NCBI GenBank assembly: GCA_013265495.1
Contig: MU057887.1
Location: 2,761,576 to 2,825,575, forward strand
DNA: 64,000 bases
Direction: 5' to 3'
Source: Vicugna vicugna
Taxonomy: Eukaryota
Shown in pieces: positions 35,891-44,339 of this stretch. The translations under genes and the position numbers were made by a program. The notes beneath the pieces were generated by a model. The model worked only from the letters and a program-made list of their open reading frames with translations. It made no database searches and was not told where the DNA came from. How positions within the stretch are numbered: position 1 is the stretch's first letter; each line of letters opens with the position of its first letter.

Positions 35891-37902
35891 CCAGCCGCAG
35901 AGCTGCCCTGGGACCACTAAGCCCTGCCCTGCAGCCACAGACCGCCACACACACTGAGAGGCACGGGGTGGGGGAGGTCCTGGAAGGTGGGGGCACTGCA
36001 GGACTTATCAGGGACTTTGTTTAGAATGAAGATGCTTGGGAGTAGGGCCCCAAGGGACGTGGTGCCAGTCAGCTGTGCTCTCTCCACAGCGTGTCCATGG
36101 CGCCCTCTCCAGCCTCTTACAGGCCAGGAGAGGGGCCAAGCGGCATGTGGAAGCCTGCAAGCCCGTGTGCACAGTGTGGGGGCAGTGGAGGGACCCCGAC
36201 TTCCGGAGGCTGGAGCAGGCCTGCGCTTCCTGGGAGGCCACGGGAGGGAGGGGTGTGTGTGTGTGTGCAGGTGTGATGCCCGTCAGGGGGCCATGACTTG
36301 GGGCTGAACCCCAGCGCAGCCCTGCGCACCAGCTCTGCTCACAGGTCCTCAAAAGAATGCTCCCTGTGCAGAGGGTCTGGCATCCCCTGTCCCCGGCCTC
36401 GGGTCTGGTTCTTTACAGAAGCTGTGGAGACATTTGTTTCCACAGTCGTGACCCTGGGACCCCATCCCCGGACAAACCGGGCCAGGAGGACACTCGGCCC
36501 TGCCCACCCTACAGGCTTCTCCAGCCTGTGTTTTAAGCTCAGCCTCCTACCTCCACCCCTGGGAGAAGCCGCACCCCAAGCCTGCGCTGCGTCTCCGCAG
36601 CCCCAGGAGGAGGCCTCCCCCCGACAATCCAGCTTCATCCCCGGCACCGGCTACTTCCTGTCCCCTCGGCGGGGCGCTGCCCCAGCTCTCCACCAGCCTG
36701 CAGAAGGCTCCCACTTTTCGCGGCTCCGTGTAGGACCCGGAGCTCCGGGAGGTGGGCTCAGTCCTGCGGCCAGAAGATGGAGCTGGCGGACCTGTGTGCT
36801 CCCAGGGGCCGGGCCAGCGGCCTGGGCGGCGGCCAGTTGGGGGTCCTTTCCTCGTTGACCCCCTACCAGGCGACACCCCTGCTGAGGTCTCCCTCCCTGC
36901 CTGCGCCTCTGAGGACTCCACCTTACTGCCTCAGCACTGCCCTCGGGCCCAACCCAGATCCTTCCACCTCTCCACCTGCCCCCTCCGGTCTCGGTAGACT
37001 TTGACGGGGGCCTCAGCCTCAAAACCATCTCCACAGGCAGGGCTCCACACTGTCCCCTCCGGCCTGCTCTCCCCGTCCATTCCAGACCCCGCTAACTGCC
37101 CCTTCCCATCCCCATTTAGGTACCAGTGGACAGCCCCCAACTTACCCTGAAACCAAACCCTCCGCCACCCCCCCTGCTCCCAGCAGTCAGCTGCTCCCGT
37201 CTGGCCGCGATACCTCTTCCTTCTGTAGACCTTTCTGGAAATTTCTCTGAATCATCGCCCACGTCTGACTACTTGCAAGCGTCTCCCACACTGTATTGTC
37301 TGGACTGTTGGTGGCCCAAGTGGCCTCCTGGCTTGCTCCCTAGTGACCCGAGGTCTCGTCTCCTTGGGACGCCCACCCTGGTGCGTCTGTGCCCAAAGGG
37401 GAGACGCTCGGTTTCCAGCACGGCAGCTGCGGGCCCAGGGCGCCGGCCCTGCGTGTCTCATCCCCGAGTTCCTTGCTGCCATCCAGACACCAGCAGTGAG
37501 GCACGTGGGTTCGGCAGGGATGGTGCTGAGCCTGGGACTCCGGACCATGGCCCTTCCTCCCACCTGCCCCATCCCTGCTTCCCCACCCCACCAGGCCCCT
37601 GGCTCCTGCACGGTCTACGCCTGTCCGGGGGACCGTGTGATTTGAGCATCCCGGTTTGGTCCAGATGCCCTTCTGCTTGGTAGCCTCTGGGACAGATGGC
37701 CGGTGCTGAAGCTGGAGTCTCCCAGGGACACGGGAACCACGGGGCGTGCGCATCCGGCTCCAGGCTTCCTCTGTGAGCAGGACAGCCCCGCCTCCGCCAA
37801 CGCCTGCCCTCCCGTCCCGGCTGCGTGTCTGGGCTCCCAGGGAGACCCTGCTGTGGTTCCCAAGGTCGGGTCCTGCCTGTGCCTCGCGATAATTAACTAT
37901 TC

Positions 37903-38100
37903 TTTTTTTTAACGTCTGTATTGTGGTATGATTCCTGTACAGTAAACTACACATACTGCAGATGTACAATTTGATGAATTTTGATAGATGTCTACACCCA
38001 CGAAACCACCACCGCAATTAAGAGAGCTAACATTCCATCACTCCCCGAGAGGCGCAGTTTTCAAATTCCCGGTTCACCCCTTCCCAGCCCTTCCCCCAGG
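37903..38100 (-). mobile_element. L1M (L1MA/L1MB-type) 3' end fragment
   Basis: tttttttaac..tgtattgtggtat...tacagtaaa..acacat...tgtacaatttgatgaattttgata.atgt.tacaccc..gaaaccaccacc..aattaaga...aacattccatcac.cc matches the remembered L1M 3' end. Confidence 0.7.
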
Positions 38101-38104
38101 AAGC

Positions 38105-38240
38105 GTTAGTTTGTTCCCTGTGTCTGTGAGTCTGTTTCTGTTTTGTCAATAAGTTGATCTGTGGCCTTTTTTTTTAAATTCCTCATGTAAATGATAGCAT
38201 ATGGCATTTTGCTTTCTCTTTCTGGCAAATTATTCTCGTT
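38105..38240 (-). mobile_element. L1 3' UTR fragment (same family as 34823-35184)
   Basis: tagtttgttccctgtgtctgtgagtctgtttctgttttgtcaataagtt...attcctcatgtaaatgatagcatatggcattttgctttctct parallels 35075-35180. Confidence 0.7.
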
Positions 38241-38817
38241 GATCTGGGCCCTGGGTCCCCCAGAGTGCCCTGCAGATGCAGGCTGTCCGTGCGAAGCGCG
38301 CTGGTCACTTTCCAGCAGTCCCACGGCCCTTGCTTGGATCCAGGTGAGGGTGGGGCTGCCCCCCAGGCCTGTTCCCCTCGCTCGGACCCAGGAAGAGACA
38401 GAATCCCAGCCCAGTGTCCTGGCCTTCCCAGGGCGTCTCTGGCCTCCGAGGCTGCGCGGGACTTGCCCCGGGTCCTGATCCCCAGCCTCTTCCCTTGTGG
38501 TTTCCTGAGCCCGACGTCTCTGTGCAGCTGCAGTTTCCTCGTCCGGCGCGCTCACCAGCAGGCTACTTCTGTCTGCAAGTCCCGGACTCACGGCCTCTGT
38601 GCCCTAAGCCTGCCAGCGGGGTCCCTGCCTGCTGCGTCTCCCCGTCCTCCTCCCTCCCGGGAGGACACTGATCCCGCTTCACTCCGGGGGCCATGCCTCT
38701 GCCCACCAGCCGAGGCCAGCACACCCACCCCATCTGCCACCGTGGCCTGCGGTGGGCAGAGCGTGTGTTCACATTAATTTTTAAAAAACAGCTGTGGCTG
38801 TCTTTATTTTTATTTGT

Positions 38818-38852
38818 CTCTCTCTCTTTATACACACACACGCACACACACA
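38818..38852. repeat. Short (TC)n/(CA)n microsatellite
   Basis: tctctctctttatacacacacacgcacacacacacg. Confidence 0.75.
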
Positions 38853-39749
38853 CGACTTGCTCATTCTTTCCAACGAGTGCAAACTCTTATATCACGTGGA
38901 CTTCACACAGTTTATTTACATTATTTTTCATGATACCAGGTTTCCTCAAATCACAGAGCTGACGTGACCCACATGTTAAAAAATATTCAAAGAACAAATG
39001 AAGGTTCCAAATGAAAGCAAGATGCTGCCCCCATCTTCCCTGACTGTCCCACCAGAGACAGAGTCTGGTCCTTCCTGCTGTTAACTTTTATTTTCTTGCT
39101 TTTCACCCAGCGCTGTGGCTGTAAGGGCCAACCTAGATGCTGACTCCTTGCCTCGCCACCTCGGGTCCGCCCGGTCAGGGCCTCGCCTCCCCTCACGCTG
39201 CACAGGAGCAGAGCAGAAGGCCTACTTTCTCCTTCAGCACCAGGCCTTCCCTCGAGCCATAGAAACAAAAAAGTCATCAGAGTTTAAGAATTTAGGTTTA
39301 TCTTTCTACTACAAACATTCTGAGGTTTTTCTCCTTGTGGGTTTTAAAACTTATTTAAAAAAATCCAGTGGCATTTGCAATATTACTCTGTAAGTATTGC
39401 TCAGCCCAGGTACCAGATTCGTGCCCAGGATGATGGAGAAAGAGACTGAACGTTCTGTCGTGAAGGTTTTACCAGTTGAGGGAGATTCTTCCACGTGTGA
39501 GGGCCTAATGCAATTCTGAAGCACACGCTTTACACCAGATTTCACTTCTAGAGATGCGAGATGCTAGAGTTCCCTTTATCCCATGTCCCCACACCCGATT
39601 CCTTGATTCCTTTCTCTGCTGGCATGTCACTGTAGGTCAACTTTTTGTCCGGGCCACGTGAGCAAGAAGCTGCACTCCTGTGAGCCTTTAGATGGGAAAC
39701 CGAGCCGATAGTTTCGCTGGGTGTGAAGTTCTAGCTGCTCCTGAGAACT

Positions 39750-40330
39750 GGACGACCTGCTCCCGTGTCTCCCAGAGGCCATGCTGCTGATGGAGACCCT
39801 GCCTGTTTCGGATGCCACGGAACATACCTTATTTGCTCTTTGTATTCTGTTGGCTTCTCAGGGTTCCTTGCATTTCTTGGGTCTCGGTCTGCCTGTTAGA
39901 CCCGTGTTGAGTCTGGGGGCTGCCGTCTGAGCGAGTGTGTCGTCTGAGTTTTCCCCTCTGTGTTGCCTTTTTCCTTCTCCTTTAGAACTTTGCGCAGACT
40001 GGAGCTCAGCACTGTGACGCACCCCGTGGGTTCCAGTGTTTTCCTGCGCTCTTGTCTCCCTCTCCAGTTGCTGTCCGTTCTGGGAAGCATCCTTCACGAA
40101 AACCACACCCTGGTGTCAGCCGTGCCCTCTTCACGACGCTGCCCGTCCCCCGAGCCTCGGGTGGGCTAGTCCTGCTGACCCCTACGACCTCCTGCTTGCT
40201 CTCTTGCCTCCTTTTCCTCGTGGTCCCTTATTTTCTTTTGCGGGTGCTGCTCCTCTCAAATCTCTTCGAGGACTGTGCTACTTGGAAATATTATTATTTT
40301 GCTTTTCCCTGAGTCATTTCTGATTCCTGC
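39750..40330 (-). mobile_element. Degenerate L1M ORF1-region remnant
   Basis: Reverse complement gttctaaaggagaaggaaaaagg...gacccaagaaatgcaaggaaccctgagaagccaacagaatacaaag resembles L1 ORF1 (gtcccagaaggagag...gatccaagaagctcagcgaacccc...aatacaaag). Heavily diverged. Confidence 0.4.
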
Positions 40331-40764
40331 CCCTTAGGAGGTGAATGTCAGAGCACCCACTTCCTGGGTCTTCCTTCCTTTGCTGCAAATCCCCCATGGC
40401 CTTGCCCGCCGGGTCCTCTCTGTAAGGTGATAAAGGTAGAGGTGAGGACAGGAACTGGTCGGTGTGAGTCGCCTTGTCCTGGGTAGCCCTGCAGACCCTT
40501 GCTTCCCTGAGAGAGCTGAGCACAGGCTCTCTGGGAGTAGGAGGGTGTGTGGACAGATGGACGCACCTGGAAGAGGCAGGGCAGCCAGTGAGCAAGCAGG
40601 GCTCCAGGCCGGCCTGATGCTGCGTGTCTGTATCCGGGGGACGTCCGTGCCCCTCCCTCCCAGGTGTGGGCCTCGCTCTGACCTGGCCCTGCTTGCTATG
40701 GGTGGCCCGTGACCTCCGCTCGGCTCCGCCTCTCTCTCCTGCTCCCACTTGCTCAGGCCTGGTT

Positions 40765-41130
40765 TTTTAGCAACCTGGTGATGCCTGTGAACCCCTTCCC
40801 CAAACAACATAAAAATGTATGCTTACTAAGAAAACCGATTCTTCTGAGATGCAGTTCTATCAAATGTTGGGAAATCTATTTTGATAAAATAATAATGTTT
40901 GCTTCTTTATTAAAACATTACATAAAAATAATCTGGCAGTGGGGCAACCATCATGTGAAGTAAGGGTGATATTTCAAGATGTGCACAAGCGCTGTGATGG
41001 GAGTAAAGGCTCCTGCAATTTCTGTCAGTGACAGAAATCACAGTTACACCTGAGCTCTCAGGCTTACTGCCTCCTCGCCTCATTGAAGGTAATGGTCAAA
41101 TTTCGGTTAGAGACGCATTAAGCAAAACGC
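40765..41130 (+). mobile_element. hAT-Charlie DNA transposon fragment (MER80/Charlie4a-like)
   Basis: ttttagcaacctggtgatgcctgtgaaccccttc...aaggaaacc-like aagaaaaccgatt...tgcttctttattaa..cattacataa...gatatttcaagat...atttctg...tgacagaaatcacag...cattgaaggtaatggtcaaatttcggttaga is collinear with the remembered consensus. Confidence 0.6.
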
Positions 41131-43473
41131 ACCAGCTCCCCGTCCTGTCCAGTCCCTCCGGCACTCTGGGGATGCTCCCTGGGCAGAAACCCCTCTCCCT
41201 TTGGGTAGCGTCCTTCTGGCTCTCGCCTGAGCCAGCCTCGCCTGACAGCTGCTCTCTTCCAGGAATAACCACCCGTGGGGACCTGGCCTGTGCCCCCAGG
41301 AGGCGCTGCCTCCTCCTTTGGGTCACAGGTGCTGGTTCCAGAGAACCTGGACACGACCCTGGCTCCAGCTCCTTCTCCTCCCTCCCGAGCTGGCCACAGG
41401 ACGCCCGCCCTTCATGGGCTACAGGCTGTCCTCGCTCTTGGTCCCCGACACTGTTAGGGTTTTATTGTTTTTTATAGCATCTCCAATCAGACCCTGGCTG
41501 TCCCTTCCCAAGGTGCATGTGGTACTCACGCTACCATCTTTAACTCACTTCCCAGTGGCACCCTGGGCCTCCGTGGCATGCACTGTTAACCGACTCTTAG
41601 GGCCACCTGCCCCAGGGTCCCTCAGTTGTCACCTGGTGCCTCTTCTCAGGCCATAATCAATGCCATAGGCGTTTACTTGTAGAAGGTCCTGGAGCCGGGA
41701 GGGGGAGGCTCTGGTCCCCACAGTGCAGCACAGGCCCTCTTGTTGCATTTGTTGAAAATAAATTTACACCGTGTTTCTCTTTATACACTTTCTTTTCTTA
41801 ATTCTCTTTGCAGAAGGATCCTCCAAATGGTTAGTTTATAAAAGTTCCTCTGGTGAATTTAGAATACTTTCAGTTTTCAAAATTTCAAGGACTATGCACC
41901 TGATTGGGGCACCCCCCTTGTTTCCTGCCTGAGGTCCCTTTGGGGGCCGGGGTGTGTGTGTGTAGTCAGCACCTTCTGGGTAGAGAGCTCTGCTCCCAGT
42001 AAGGCCTGAAGGCCAATGACCTTGGCAGAGGTCAGGCCCTGCAGGCCACGGAGGGCGGCTCCCCAGAGGCTGCTGTAGGTGGGGCTTCAATGGAGAGTGC
42101 CTGGGGGGTGAAGCGCAAGGGGAGGTGGAGGCTGTTACAGGAAATGAGGTTCAGAGGGGCTGCCCGAGAGGAGAGAGAGTCCCCGCGGGCAGCACGTGAG
42201 ACTGTGGCCACTTCTTCAGGGGCGGGCTGGGACCCGGCGTTCGTGTCTCGTGGACGCTGCCCAGGGAGGGGCCTGGGAGTGATGCAGCCAGAGTGGGGGG
42301 CTGCTTCTCAGGCGGCCTCCCCTCTGACCAGGACTGGCACAGCACCCGCCGGCCAGGCGGGCAGTGGCGCGCTTGCTTCTGGTCCTAATTGACATGGTGT
42401 CAGTGTCAAAGCCTCTGAGGGCCTCAGTTTCCCCAGGTGTACGTGGTGAACTTGACCTGTCTGACCTCTATGGGCCCCTCCATAAATGTCTGTGCAGGAA
42501 GGAAGCAGTTTTCTTTTGAACCCCTGAGCGGGGCTGCCTAGGCCTGACACACTCCCCAGAGCCTCTGGGGATGGGGCACCTCCCTTGTCCTCCACCCACC
42601 CACACAGTCGGAGGGCACAGGTTTGGGTAGAGGCCCCCTGCCTCAACCCCAGCCAAAGCTCTTTGCTGAGCATTTAAGTTGAATTTGAAATTCAATTCAG
42701 GGAAAAAATGCCTTGAGGCTTAGATACTGGCCTCTGGGCCAACTCTTAACAGGACACAGATGCCCCAGCTTAGGGCTAGAGATGGTGAGGAAAATCGGCT
42801 GGAAACAAACCCTAGCCTTTCCCAGAGGCAGGAGGAGGCCGGGACAGGACGGTGCCCGCTGCTGCATCTGGAGCAGTCCCTGCGCATCGACTGCGCCCGC
42901 GCGCTCCAGTGCAGGCGGCCGGCCTGGACCATGGTACCAATAAGGGCCTGGATGCGGGGTGTTTCCAGGATGAGGTGCGGTTTTTCAGAACCCGCTGTGG
43001 GTCAGTCCTGGGCAGTGGGCCGGATCCCTTCCCCTTCGGGGGCGTGGGGTGCTGGGGGGTGTTGGGCGCACGGGAGGCCACGCGAGCCGGGCTCCGGCCC
43101 CCGCCGCGGCCGCCTCTGCAGTGAGGGCCCTGCGCACCTAGGTGGAGCCCGACCCGCGGTTTTCGGCTGGACCGGCCTCGCCTGACCCGCCGGCGCGCCA
43201 GGCGGGGGCGCTGCAGGCTGGCGGGGGTCCCCCGGGTCCCCTCCGCGGCCCAGTGCGCATCGGCGGCTCGGCGGGCCGGGCGGAGCGCAGACGGCGGCGG
43301 GCGCGGGCCGGAGTCCGAGCGCCGCGCTGCCCCTCCCGCCGCCTCCCCAGAAGGGGCCGAGCTGAGCGGGCAGCGGGCGCGCGCCACGGGCCGGAGCAGC
43401 GGCGTCCCGCGGGCGAGGCGCGCATTGTCGCCGGCCCCACCTGTCGGCGCGGCCCCCGCCACCGCCGCCGCCG

Positions 43474-44058
43474 NNNNNNNNNNNNNNNNNNNNNNNNNNN
43501 NNNNNNNNNNNNNNNNNNNNNNNNNNNNNNNNNNNNNNNNNNNNNNNNNNNNNNNNNNNNNNNNNNNNNNNNNNNNNNNNNNNNNNNNNNNNNNNNNNNN
43601 NNNNNNNNNNNNNNNNNNNNNNNNNNNNNNNNNNNNNNNNNNNNNNNNNNNNNNNNNNNNNNNNNNNNNNNNNNNNNNNNNNNNNNNNNNNNNNNNNNNN
43701 NNNNNNNNNNNNNNNNNNNNNNNNNNNNNNNNNNNNNNNNNNNNNNNNNNNNNNNNNNNNNNNNNNNNNNNNNNNNNNNNNNNNNNNNNNNNNNNNNNNN
43801 NNNNNNNNNNNNNNNNNNNNNNNNNNNNNNNNNNNNNNNNNNNNNNNNNNNNNNNNNNNNNNNNNNNNNNNNNNNNNNNNNNNNNNNNNNNNNNNNNNNN
43901 NNNNNNNNNNNNNNNNNNNNNNNNNNNNNNNNNNNNNNNNNNNNNNNNNNNNNNNNNNNNNNNNNNNNNNNNNNNNNNNNNNNNNNNNNNNNNNNNNNNN
44001 NNNNNNNNNNNNNNNNNNNNNNNNNNNNNNNNNNNNNNNNNNNNNNNNNNNNNNNNNN
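43474..44058. other. Assembly gap (585 N) in the CpG island core
   Basis: Run of N in the sequence. Confidence 0.99.
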
Positions 44059-44248
44059 CCCTCCCCCTGCCCAAAAAGACACAGCCCGGCTCCTGGAGCG
44101 GCGCCTCCAGTCGCGGCGGAGCGCGGCGTTGGCGCGGATGGAGGGCGCGAGCGGGCGGCCGCGGCGGCTGCACCCGGCGGGGCGCTGATGCGGCGCCTGG
44201 ACCTTCGCTGCTCGACTTGGGGGGCGTCGGCCGAGTGGGCACTCCGCG
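44059..44248 (+). other. TAFA5: Visible part of the TAFA5 alternative exon 5' UTR (5' end probably in or upstream of the N gap)
   Basis: Very GC/CpG-rich sequence directly upstream of the ATG; contains two upstream ATGs (44138, 44188). The TSS is not determinable. Confidence 0.7.
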
Positions 44249-44339
44249 ATGCAGCTCCTGAAGGCGCTCTGGGCACTCGCCGGGGCCGCGCTCTGCTGCT
44301 TCCTCGTCCTGGTGATCCACGCGCAGTTCCTGAAAGAAG
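44249..44339 (+). CDS. TAFA5: TAFA5 (FAM19A5) alternative first coding exon; encodes the signal peptide of the short isoform (partial CDS, continues in exon 2 outside the window)
   Basis: Translation MQLLKALWALAGAALCCFLVLVIHAQFLKE(G) matches the N-terminus I recognise for the short TAFA5 isoform. ATG context is ccgcgATGc (G at -3). The exon ends GAAG|GTAATT (GT at 44340-44341, phase 1), consistent with joining exon 2 as G|GC CAG CTG (G-Q-L-A-A-G). The hydrophobic core LWALAGAALCCFLVLVIHA is signal-peptide-like. Confidence 0.93.

Larger units (their letters stand above)
1..42839 (+). other. Non-coding region, probably intron 1 of the long TAFA5 isoform
   Basis: No credible coding exons. Inference from the human gene structure, where a distal first exon (MAPSPRT...) lies tens of kb upstream; that exon is not in this window. 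Confidence 0.55.

Noticed and set aside
1-42839. Orthologue of the antisense lncRNA that I recall lying between the two human TAFA5 first exons (LOC284933)
   Set aside because: I cannot locate any exon of it from sequence alone; it needs liftOver and stranded RNA-seq.
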